Part shown: positions 12,001-24,309 of the stretch, one piece after another
Position numbering within the stretch: position 1 is the stretch's first letter
Layout: each line of letters starts with the position of its first letter
Source of the DNA: Azolla caroliniana
Taxonomy: Eukaryota > Plantae > Polypodiophyta
Direction: 5' to 3'
Length of the DNA stretch: 64,000 bases
Assembly (NCBI GenBank): GCA_043228905.1
Contig: JBHGNT010000010.1
Span: forward strand, 11,346,001-11,410,000
The notes under the pieces: model-generated
The model's database searches: none
The model's input: the letters and a program-made list of their open reading frames with translations, nothing else
Told to the model about the DNA's origin: nothing
Translations under genes and position numbers: made by a program

Positions 12001-15000
12001 ATGAGGGGATCGGAGCTAGTAGAGGCAATGGCGGTAGCCGTCGACTGGCTGGTAAGCGCTCGTGAGGGGATGGGTACTCTCGATAGAGCCATTGAATCGA
12101 TCATCGGCACTATAGGTCGGTTTGGAAGGGAAAGACGCCACAAGTTATTTGGAGGCTTACCGGGCCGAAATGATCATGAGGGATATCCCGGTGCATAGGC
12201 GGCTATCCGGATTCCCTCGGGTGGTGACGCTGGGAATCCATGCGGAGGTGCTCGAGGTGTTGGCTGGATGCCAGACTTGGGAGGAGTTCGAGCTGCAGCT
12301 CCTCGAGAAGTATGGGTTTGACAACTCGCTTCGGCTATCGAGGCGGGACTTCATGGCGTGGGTTGAAAGCCCCGGAAAGGGGAGGAACACGTCGGTGCTC
12401 TTCCAGGAGTTCGAAAAACGGTTCGCGCGGTTGTCGACGCTGGACCGGATAGTGCTCGAAACGAGTCAGGTACTACTGTTTGTCAAGTCGGTGGACGCGC
12501 TCGAAAGGGAAAAGGTGGGTCCCCTATTGGAAACGGACGAAGGGCTCACGACAGACTAGGCCGTGATAAAACGGGTCGACAAACGGTGCGATTGGAGCGA
12601 CGGAAGCTCGTCGGGGTTAGGGTCGGTCCCGGGGAGAAGGCTCGAGGAGCCGGTATCGGTGCCGGCCGGTAGGAAGGAAGAGACCCGAATCTGGCCAGAG
12701 TCAGGGTCGGCATCGAATGACGGGGTCAGAGGCCCATCCGGAGGAGCTGACACAGATGGTGCGCGACCTACAGATTGTACAGGCCCAGAGAGACAGCGGC
12801 GAACAACCTCACGACCGGAGGCCACCGACTGGGCAGCAGTGCATGTGGTATGACGCGATCGGTCACATTCGAAGGGATTGCGCGGATTTAGCCGATGCGC
12901 TCAGGACCAACGTGGTGTACCTCTGGAATGGGCGGGTGCATGCGAGCGAGACCCGGAGAGTCCTAGAACTGAATACGGGGCGCGGCGGAATGAAGAGGTT
13001 GATGGAAGAGGCCGTGGCACGGCACGTTGAAGCCGTTAACTACTCAATGTCGGCGGGAATTCGGGTTGGGGGTGACGAGACCCGGAAGGCGAAGGACTCT
13101 GGATTCTGGCCGCTAGTGCTAGAAGGCCTCTCTAGAGTTCGGCTGAAGAAGGAAGAGGCGGACTGCGCGGAGTAGAGGGTCCAAGAGGTCACTGGTTGGG
13201 ACAATCCGGTCGAAGAGAAAACGGGCTTCGTAGAAGCCGCTTGCCAGAACTACGAGGTTCTGGTGGAGGACAAACAGCCAGGAAAGGCTGGAGGGGTCGG
13301 TCCCTTGCAGAGGTATGAGACCCGGTTCGGACCGAAACCGACTGGTGCCGGCAACCCAGGCGCGCCGGACGGAAAGAAGCAGGCGGGGTTTCGGTTGAGC
13401 ACCGAAATCGAAAGGACCACAGACCTGCGAAACGTCTTGGAGGAATGTATCCTCGACAATAAAGTGGAGTTGTCATTGCGGGAGGTGCTGGGAATCGCCA
13501 AGAGGGAGTTCCATGACTCCATCATAGACTTGGTGAAGCGGAAGAGGCTCTCGACGGAGCCGGAACCGGGGAAGCCGGTGGAGGTGCGGACCACGCACTT
13601 GGAAGATGCGGCCCTAGAAGACGAGTTGGCGGAAAGCCACTACACGAAGCCGCATTGGGCCAGGGCAACTACGGAAACCCCGGTAAGGATCGGCAACGTT
13701 CCGGAACCGGTGGTGGCATTGGTAGACCATGGATCCAAAATCAACCTAATGTCCATGGATTTCTACAAGAAGGGTAAATGGCCGATCAACACCAAGCATG
13801 GCTGGAAACTACGGGCAACGACGCGTGCCATGGAAGAACTACATGGAGCTTGTCCGAACGTACGGGTGAAAATCGGCGATATCGAGATCGACCAGCACTT
13901 CTTCGTGCAGGAGACATCCTCGCATCCGGTTATACTAGGAGAGCCGTACATCACGGCGGCACGGATGGAGACCAAGGTGCTGGACAACGGTTCAGCCTAT
14001 GCAAGGGTCAAGATCCAGGACGGGCGTCACTCGGTCCAGTTCCTGACGGTGCAACCAAACCATGAGCGTAACCGCGAGGCCCTCGGCGGCGAAACCTGAG
14101 CGGATTTTTAGAGAGGGCTATCAAGGCGTGGGGCCGCGATAGTCTGGACATCCGGAAAGAACCCCACAAATGTATAGTACGGAAGAATACATGTACCATA
14201 GATAGGAAATTTTGGTTCTCTGACAACGGAGGTGTACTATGGCCGGCGTTAGCGGCCGGGAAAGGAAGCGGGCGGAGGAGCGGGTCAGGACATGCGGAGT
14301 CCTCTTCCCCGACGAAGAGATTAGCGGCGCCGTGGAGGCGGTCTCTTTTGACGACACCTTGGACGAGTTGCGAAAGGTGATCGGTGAAGACCTTAGAGAA
14401 GACCGGACCGTTCCGGTTAGTTCGATGGGAATGTACGAAGTCATTGCGGACTTCGGGGCCAGGATCGAGTCGGATCGGACGGCCCGCGTGGATACAAAGT
14501 ACAAGACTGTGGACCGGAAGGTGAGGCCAGTCGCGGCACCCTTGCCAGAGGGCAGCGAGGAGCAGATAAAAGGGATTGCGTCGGACCCAAGTTTACGGAA
14601 TCCGACTGGCATAGGGCACCGGTTCACCAACATAACGCTACGGGAGCTCAAGGTCAGTGGGGGTGGCTTCCTACTGCCGGCAGAGGAGGACAGGTTTCAG
14701 AGAATGCTCGAAAGGCATGGGAAAGCCTTCACGTTCTTGCCGGAGGAGATCGGGTGCGTGGACCCGACGATCGTCGAACCGATGGTCATCTTCACGGTAC
14801 CGCATGTACCGTGGAATCTCAAACCGATTCCGGTGCCGAGAGCTCACATCCCGAAGTTGATGGAGCTTCTGAAGCAAAAGGTGGAGATGGGCATCCTCGA
14901 ACCGTCGAGTGCCCCATATTCGAATCGGTGGTTTATGGTGCCGAAGAAGAACAGCACGCTACGCTTCATTCAAGACCTGCAATCGGTCAACAGGGTGACC

Positions 15001-16900
15001 ATCTGTAATGCAGGAATCGGTCCGACCATAGACGAGTTCTCGGAGGCCTTTGCTGGAAGGTCGATCTATTCGGTCGATGACTTATACTCGGGGTACGACC
15101 AGTTCCAGCTAGCCGTGGAGAGCAAGGATATCACGATGATGCGAACTCCTCTCGGCCTGGTACGAATGTGTACCCTACCGCAAGGAGGGACAAATTCGGT
15201 GACGCATATGGTGAACGCAATGAACAAGGTGCTCAGGGACTACATCCCGGACATCACCATGCCATTCTTGGACGACATCCCGATAAAGGGGTGTCCGGTG
15301 GATGACGCGGACGAGATTGTTGGGCCAGATAGATGCTGGAGGTTCGTCGTGAACTACATCAACGACTGTGAGAAGGTGCTGCAAAAGCTCGAAAACGCAT
15401 GACTCACCTCCTCCGGAGAAAAATCGGCGTTCGGGCAATCAGAGATCTTGGTGGTCGGACACCTGTGTCGGCGAGGACTTCTTCGGGTCGGCTAACGTAA
15501 CGACGAGGAAAGGGGACACTCCGGCACTTAACGAATTTGATGAGAGCAGGTACGATGGGGAGTGGCTCCAAATCGGGAGGTTCCTACGGACGATGACGCC
15601 GGACGCAGCATGGACAAGAGAAGAGGCGAGCCGGGTACAAAAGAAGGCGTACCGATTCTTCCTGCGGGATGGGTGTATATGGAGGCACCCAAAGAATAAA
15701 AACGGCATCCCGCTCCGAGTAGTGGCAAAGAAAGAAGAACAAGGGGGACTACTGGCGGCATTTCACGAGAGTCCCTGGGCCGGGCACCGCGGAACATGGG
15801 CCACATTCGAGAAGCTGAAGAAGAAGTACTGGTGGCCGGGGCTGTACCGGGACGTCCATCGGTTCGTAACGACTTGTGAAAGCTATCAGATGCACTCCGT
15901 GGTCCGGCACCGGGATGAGCTACACCCGACTTACCCGCCTACAGTCCATTTCAAGTGGATGGTAGACTTGGTGACGATGCCGATGGGAGTAGGACAGATG
16001 CGATACCTGGTGCTTGCGTGAGAAGACTTAACGAACCAGGTGGAAGGATGTGCACTGCAGAACAAGACAACCGTGGCGGTATGCTGGTTCCTGATCGAAG
16101 AGGTAGTGTGTCGGTACGGGTGCGTCGGGAGGATCGTGGCGAACCGGGGAGAGCTGGATGCGCGGGATGCCGAGGAGTTGTTCAACCGGCTAGGCGTCAA
16201 ACTCTCCCTCACTACGGTGTACAATCCGGAGGCGAATGGGAAGGTAGAACGTGGGCATGGGCCAATTGTAAAGGCGTTGGTGCGTGCATGCGGAGGGCAA
16301 GTTGGGAATTGGCCGCGACTCCTTCCTTACGCACTATGGGCGGACCGAACTACGCACAGTTCGGTGACAGGGTTTATGCCGGCAGAGTTGATGTACGGGC
16401 AAAAGCCGATCATGCCGGTGGAACGGACGGTTTCTTCATGGGCGGTGGTAGATTAGAAGGACGAGATGAGTCGAGAGGAGTTGCTGGCGGCGCGGATTCG
16501 GCAACTCGAGTGGAGGCCGGAGGACATGAAACGGGCGAAGGAAAAGCTACGGGCGGCAAGGGAGCGTAACAAGACCCGGTTCGACCGGACGTGCCGGTTG
16601 CGACCAAAGAAGATCGAGGAAGGCGACTGGGTCCTAGTGTATGAAAACAACCTCGACAACTAGCACAGGGCAATGTGGAAGTTTGCACGGAGGTGGTTCG
16701 GGCCTTACATGGTGACAAGCGCCAACAACAACGGGACCTACCATCTTGCGGAGCTCGACGGTACAAGGATGGCAATACCGGTAGCGGGAAAGAGGGTCAA
16801 AGCATTTAAGAAACGACACGAGCACGAGCCGGATCTAGGAAGCTTGGACGGCAATGAAGGGCGGTCCGAGGAGGATGACGAACCGGAAGACGAGGAGTAA
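12001..16900 (+). pseudogene. Degenerate gag-pol of E (PR, RT, INT; RNase H deleted near 15468)
   Basis: PR LVDHGSKINLM; RT YSGYDQF..LPQG..PFLDD; INT HRG..YWWPGLY, WMVDLV, YNPEANGKVER; GPY/F tail WFGPYMV. Confidence 0.9.
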
Positions 16901-17633
16901 AGCATGGACCGGGTTTCTCCAGCAGGAGCCCAATTTTGGCGCATACCGGTGGATGCACGGTTAGGTGGGGACGGATGTCGTGGAGAAAACCATCCCTAGG
17001 TGGAAACCGAGTTTAACATGTGTAAAACGGCCCTTGCACGCGAGCGCACTTTTAGTTGTATAGTAAGTAGGTTTGTACAAGTCAGCTGAGGTGAAATCCT
17101 AGGTAGCACGCATTCAATTGGGAGAGAATCGGATTGTATCTCTGTCCGAATATGATGTAACGGGTGATAACGGCCTCCCTCCTGGTGCTATAAAAGAGAG
17201 GGAGAGAAAGAAGAGAAATATCGCGCATTGGTGAGGAGGAAGTGTTGCTGCAGAACCGAGGGCCGAGCTCTCTCTCCCAATCGTCGTTCTCCGCGGGTGT
17301 CGGGAGTTTGCAACCTCTGCTTCGTGGACAGCCCGTCCGCTTCCGGTAGAGGCTCTCCCCCCCCCCCCCCCCCTTTTGTTTTCTTGAGTCGGGTGTGTTC
17401 TGTCGGTGTGCGTGAGGGGGAACCCCGTGTCGGGCCCATCACCGCCTTGCCGGTTGTAACCGTCAGAGTTTGCAATCTCTGAATATTGTAATCCACTGTT
17501 ACTGTAATTAAGTGTGCTGTTTGTTTCTCTCTCTTTCTCCCTGTTGCGTCTCTCTCTCTCTCTCTCTCGCTCATCGGTTCAAGGCCCCCGTGGTCCCGCC
17601 TCTTTCTGCACGCACACGCGTAACAACGCGATA

Positions 17634-20600
17634 GCGCACACGAACTATCGCAGCAGTAATGACACCCTAGGAGGACCGGAGAACGAGGAGTCGGATACAA
17701 TACCGACACTGGAACCAGAGTTGGCAGACCTGGAACCTCCGGCACTAGACGTGGAGGAACCTCCGGAGACAGAAGAAGACAAAGAAAAACCTCTGACACC
17801 GGAAGTCGAGCCGGCAACACCAAGGGAAGACCGGCAAAGAACTCTGACGCCGACGGAACAGAAGGAAAGACAAGCGACACCGGACGACGACGTGCCATTC
17901 CAGTACTCCAAGTATAGGGATGACCCGAATGTGGAGGCTCATGTTCACGCGTTTCAGCAAACGTGGGAGGCGAACCATGTGTCACAACGGTTAACCGCGA
18001 CCGAAGAGGAACGAACTAAGATAGCCGAATTCGGCGTGACATTGGAAGGACCGGCCGCCAGATGGCACCGGACACAGGACCCCAGCACCATCACCACCTT
18101 TGTGGACCTGAAAGAAAAATTCTTGCACTTCTTTCAGAAGGAGGTGGACCAGAGAGAAATAGTGGGCCTATTCTATACCATCCGGCAGGACCCCGGGGAG
18201 AGCATTCCGCAGTTTGTCATCCGGTTTCAACGGATGCACAATCAGCTTACCCGCGCACCCTCGAAGGAAGAAACACGGGCTATATTTTTAGCCGTGCTCC
18301 GGGAACCTCTACGAACGGTATGCACAGTCATCGACTTTCGCACAAGCACCGTCGACCAGGTCATCGACCGGTGCCAATCTAAAAGCCACACAATGGACCG
18401 GTGCGAATATAACTTATTGAATCGGCAAGCACCACCAGTCCGGCAAATCGAGCCACGTAGCAGCCAAGACGAAGAAGACGAACACTGGCGGCGAGAAGAA
18501 CGATATCGACCGGCACAGGATGTCCGGTACGACGACCAACAAAACAACTATGACCGGTACGAGAGATATGACAGGTACCTCGCATGACCGGTGACAACTA
18601 TGACAAATACCGCTATTACAACGGACGGTACAAGCATTACAACCGAGATCACTCCCCCAGGTATCACCAACGATGGGAAGATTACGGGAGATATGATGAC
18701 CAACCCCGTCAAGGGTACCGCAACAAAAAGAACTTTAATAAAAAACAGCATTTCAAAAAAGGAGCCACCCACGTGAACTGGAAAAAGGCGCCTCAAGCAG
18801 CCAACCGGACCAAAGCCCCGTGGTTACCACAGGTCCTCCACTGGGTACAGGAAACAATGCCGAATCCAGCAATACCCAGAAAGCATATTGCTATTATTGC
18901 CGACAAGAAGGACATTATAGTAATCAATGTCCGGCAAAGAGCTATGATAAGCGACCGGCAGTAAACATGGTAGTCGTCGAAGTTGCAGACCAACAGCAGG
19001 TCACCACAAGGTCGAAGGGCAAGATGACGAAATGGGAGACACAAGAGGCCATCCGGAAGCAGGCAACGGAATGGGTGAAAAAGGCAAATGAGCGAAACGC
19101 AGCAGAACTTGCGCAGCAAAAGGAGAACACCGAAGAGCTCGCCGGTGGCAATCAGACCGAAAATGCGACATGGCAGGCATTGCAGGAGTGCCAAATCACG
19201 CTGCCATTAGGACGACTCCTGCAACTTGTGCCCAGATTCACAGAAGGACTCAAGACAGGCATGAGGGCAGGAGAAACACCATCGGCACCAACATTCTTCT
19301 CAAATCCGGAGGAGGGACCGGCGGTGGTAGACACAAACAGTCCAGTGATCATAGCCATCGTGAAGGGGAAGGAGTTACCCGGAACAATAATAGATGAAGG
19401 ATCCGGTGTCAATGTGATTAGCCTCCGAACATGCACAACCTTGGGAATCCAAGAGTGGGAACCATGCCCGTTCTGGCTACAAATGGCGGATACAAGCTTA
19501 ATGTGACCAACCGGCTTGATACGAGATTTGGAAGTAACAATCGGCGGCCACACATTTCGCATCTCGGCAGTAGTGCTACAATTACAGGCACAAGGTGCAT
19601 ACCCGCTATTGTTGGGGCAGCCGTGGCTAAAAACGGTGCACATTAAACAAAATTGGAGGAAGAACATAATCACCTTCCGGCGGGGAAAAGCAAAAGTGCG
19701 GGTACCGACACAACCACGGACGAGTACCGGGAAGGAATTGACACCCCTATATGCCGAATGTGTCAATATGCTAGATGGATTAGCAGACGAAGAGGTGGAT
19801 CAATACTTGCAAGATAATCCAAAGATAGTACCTCTGTTTGAAATCGACGTAGCTGAAGCCGTATCACCATACATACTGCCACCGGACGGAGCAGACGAAG
19901 AACCAAATAAAGAAGCAATCTGGGAGCTACGGCAAGCACAATAAGCGCTGGAAAGAGAAATGGTTGTATCACAACGGGTTAAAGCATCTCAACTAGAGGA
20001 GGTCAATCTGGGAACTACGGAAGAGGCGAGACCGGTGCAGATAGCCAAGGAAATGACTACGGAGAACAGAACGGCGATGATTACACTTCTCAAAGAGTTT
20101 CGGGACGTGTTTGCCTGGTCCTACGAGGATATGAGAGGGCTCGATCCTTAGCTATATCAGCACCAGATACATTTGAGCAAAGACGCCAAACCAGTAGCAC
20201 AGCGACGATACCAAATGAATCCAAACTATGCCGCCAAAGTCAAGGAAGAAATCGACAAGTTGTTGAGGGTTGGCTTTATCCATCCCGTAAAGAAATCTAC
20301 ATGGTTGAGCCCGATAGTAGTCGTACCAAAGAAAAACGGCAAAATTAGAGTATGTGTCGACTACCGGAAGCTTAATGCGGCGACAGTAACTGATGCATTT
20401 CCACTTCCATTTACGGATAGAGTTTTGGACGTAGTTGACGGCCATGAGGTATACAGTTTTTTAGACGGATTTAGCAAATACAACCAGATCCGGATGCACC
20501 CCGATGACCAGGAGAAAACGGCTTTCATCACTGAATGGGGAGTGTTTGTTGCCGTAGTGATGATGTTCGGACTAAAAACGACGCCGACAACGTTCCACAA

Positions 20601-23008
20601 GATCATCATGGAAATATTCAGAGAATTCATACCGGCATTCATGCAGGTGTTCCTCGATGACTTCGCCGTTTACAACCGGAAAGGAGACCACCTTCAGCAC
20701 CTCCGACTGTGTCTAGAAAAGTGTAGGGCTTATTGGCTAAGCCTGAATCTGGCGAAGTGTGTATTCGGCGTGTCCAGCAGAACGCTATTGAGGCACATTG
20801 TGAGCAAGGAGGGCATCGTCGTGGATCCGGACAAAGTAAAAGCAATCCTGGACGCACCTGCGCCAACAACGGCAAAGACATTGAGCCGTTTCTTAGGCCA
20901 AATCCGTTGGCATAGCCGAATGCTCCGGTATTTGGCGGATCTAGCTACACCACTACATGCTTTGGTACACCGAACACCGTTCCAGTGGACCGACACTGAA
21001 GACAAGGCGTATCGGGCACTCAAAGTTCTATTGTCGCAAGCGCCGGTAGTGCAACCCCCGGATTGGGCGAAGGAATTTCATGTGTTCGTGGATGCGTCCG
21101 ACATTGCAATCGGGAGTGCGTTGATGCAACTTACAGAGCCAAGATGGTACCGGCCCGGATATTACACAAGCCGGAAGTTATCTCAAGCCGAACGAAATTA
21201 ATCCACCACGGAAAGGGAAGCTTTAGGCATGATCTACAACGTAACAAAATTCAGGCACTATTTATTGGGAAGAAAGTTTTCCTTCCATGTAGATCACTCG
21301 GCACTCCTCTACCTAGTGTCCAAAGCGTCACTTACCGGTAAGTTGGCCCGGTGGACTTTGCTATTACAGGAATTCGAATTCAAGATATTCCACCGACCCA
21401 GCATACAGCATGCGGTAGCAGATTATTTAAGCCGGTTAGATTCCGGCGAAACCGGCAACGGAGTACCGGACGAGTTTCCGGATGCTGAGCTATTTTGAGT
21501 CACTGCGGAAACGGCAAGAGATGAAACGGTGGCACCAGAAGATAAGTGGCTAACGAATATGCACCCATTTCTGAGCACTGGATTGCCTCCAGAGGAGATG
21601 AACCGGGACGAGAGGAAGCGCCTGGTGGTACAAAGCCGGCACTTCTGTTTATTACAGGACACGCTATACCACAAATGTGCGGACGGTATATGGTGACGAG
21701 GGGTGCGCAGCGACGAGAAAGAGGTAGCACACTGCGGAGTTGCCGGAGGCCATTATGCCGGGGATGCTACGACAAGGAAGATATGGCAAAGTGGCCTATG
21801 GTGGCCGACTACATTGAAAGACGCAGTCCGGTACGCGAAAGAGTGTGATCTATGCCAGCAAATGGGCCAACCAACGGAACAAGCTAGGATGCCGCATCAG
21901 CCAGTACTACCGCTAGAACCATTTCAGAAATGGGGACTGGATTTTGTCGGTCCGTTCAAACCACCGGCGATGAGAACTAGCAACCGGTATGTTATCGCCG
22001 CGACGGACTATTGCACTAAATGGGTGGAAGCCAAAGCCTTATGAGACAACACCGCAGCGTCGACGGCAAAATTCTTATATGAATGCATTTGGTGCCGGTA
22101 CGGATGCCCCATAGAGCTGATAAGCAACCAAGGAGGGCACTTTCTTGGACAGGTAGTGGAGAGCTTGACGTCATTCTATGCGGTAGTACATAAACGGAGC
22201 ACCCCGTACTACCCACAAGCCAACGGATTAGCGGAGTCAACAAACAAAACGCTACAGAATATCCTGCGCAAGTTTGTCAATGAAAATCGGAGAGATTGGG
22301 ACACGAAGCTGCACAGTGCGCTCTGGGCTTACCGGATAGCGTACAAAACAAGCATCCGAACAACACCGTTTCGGTTAGCATTCGGATTAAAGGCAGTCAT
22401 GCTGATCGAATTCCAGGTACCGAGCTTACGGATTCAGATTCGGGAACGACTCAATGAAAAGGAATTGGAGGCAATTGGAGGCAATTTGGTTAAAGGCTCT
22501 GTGTGAACTAGAAGAACACCGACTGGCGAGCATCATGCACCTGGAATTGGAACAACGACGACGGAAAGCGTTTGTAGATCGGCACCGGAAGGGAAACGAA
22601 AAGATGTTCGAAATCGGCAAGACGATACTAGTGTTCCAGACCCGGATGGGTAAAATGCCAGGAAAACTACGGTTTAGATGGACCGGACCGTACTGGATCA
22701 CACGCGGGTTCAATGGGTCTTACCAATTAGGGACACTTGCCGGCGAGGTGCTGGGTAAATGGGTCAACGGATTTAGACTAAAACCATACAAAGGACCTAT
22801 GCCCAAGAACCCATTTGAAGGAAGGGCCGCCACCGAATCAGACGCCGGCAGGCCAACCACGATGGCAACCCGTGAGGAAAACGGCTACCACCAAGCCGGT
22901 AAGCGGGAGCACGAGCCGACAACCGGGGAAAGCATGACGGCAAACCGTCAAGAGGCCGGCAAGGTGTGCGTTTCGGGTAAGGGTCCGATAGGACCGGAGA
23001 AAAATTAA
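17634..23008 (+). pseudogene. Degenerate gag-pol of Gypsy C (N-terminus at 10957-11260, split by E)
   Basis: Gag (TLEGPAARW), knuckle [82 protein letters not shown]; many point stops. Confidence 0.93.
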
Positions 23009-24309
23009 CCACACAATTAATTTTACAAAAAAAAAATAAAATCGAATGGAATCAAATAAATCATGAAAAGGAGTGGTGGAAACGGCCATGCAAACGAGGA
23101 GTAAAGAGGCACGTCGAAAAGGTACCAGGGGCTATGAGTAGGACATTAAATCACCGCCACATGGCACGCAAGGCTATTATAGTACACGACCTGCACATGT
23201 GGAGGCTCGAAAAAGGCGCCAAGATGCAGAGAGAAAAAACCCCACGCATTGAGACCTTCTCCTATCGCGAACCAAGGAGAACAAACGCAGTAAGGCGGGA
23301 CCAGCCACCAACGAGTGAACCCATCAGGCAACCCACCGTCCAGACGCAACAATAGTGCACCGGCAGCCAATGGCTCCGGTGGATAGGAGAACAAATTGCC
23401 GGAGTAGTCGGATGCATAGAGGCGGAGGAAAGAGCGCAAACGGAACGGTTGCTCGTCACAACCGATGAACTGGAGACGGCCCGGTCAAGGATCCAGTGCC
23501 TCGAACAAGACTTGGATCGGATCACAGGAGACATGGCCAAAATGGCCTTAACCGCAACACAAATCCAAGCACCGGTGACTCCAGTTGATGTACAGAGGAA
23601 TAAGACCCCAGAGACACAAACTGTCTCGGAGAAAGATGCGGCGCAAGCCCAAGAGCTTGCGGAATTACGAGATGAACTTGCCGCACAAGAAGCATTACGG
23701 AGCTGCGAATGCGACTTGAAGAAGGCGGCCAAAGAAGAATTAAAGAAGACTGTTGAGAACCTCCGCAGGGCAGAGAAAAACCTGCGTAAAGGACATCATG
23801 CTTACGACCGGCTAAAGGAGGAAAAGGAGAAATTGTTGCAGGAAAAAGACAAGCTGCGATGGATGGCGGAGACGGAAATCGAGAGGCTGAAGGAGGAACT
23901 CCGTCAACAGAAGGACCAGGAGGACCGCGCGTGCCGGCAGATCAACCAGAGGCTGAAGCAGAAGACCGATGATTTTGATCATCTGCACCGGGACTACAAG
24001 CAGCTGGAGACGGATTATAAGCAATAGCAGGAACGGATGGCCAAGCTCCGGCAAGAAGTTGATAGGGCCACAATGGCACTCGCCAAAGAACGAGTTGAGA
24101 GTTCCAAGCTATTGGAGGAAGCGGCGATGGACCGGATGGAGCTCCACAAGCAGAACCATGAAGAAAAAGAAAGGGTGACAATGGTGTTACAGAGGTTGCA
24201 AACAACCTATCAAAGTCAATTGTTGCATTATAGGGAGCAGGAGGCAGACACAGTCCGAATCATCAAGCAATTGAAAGAGGAGCGACAAGCCGTAGAAAAT
24301 AAATCACGG

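Larger units (their letters stand above)
11261..17633 (+). mobile_element. Ty3/Gypsy element E (tRNA-Trp PBS, 4-bp TSD) inserted in gag of C
   Basis: LTRs 11261-11956 and 16976-17633; PBS TGGTGAACCCGACGTGA at 11961-11977; PPT TTAGGTGGGGACGGA; flanks GCGT/GCGC. The empty site matches the uninterrupted sister element at ~60372. Confidence 0.94.

Noticed and set aside
11367-12143. 258-aa minus ORF (and 17188-17985)
   Set aside because: Shadow ORFs across E LTRs and (CT)n microsatellites.
23088-24309. Retroviral-type env gene
   Set aside because: No signal peptide, furin site or transmembrane helix visible; reported as coiled-coil ORF3 instead.
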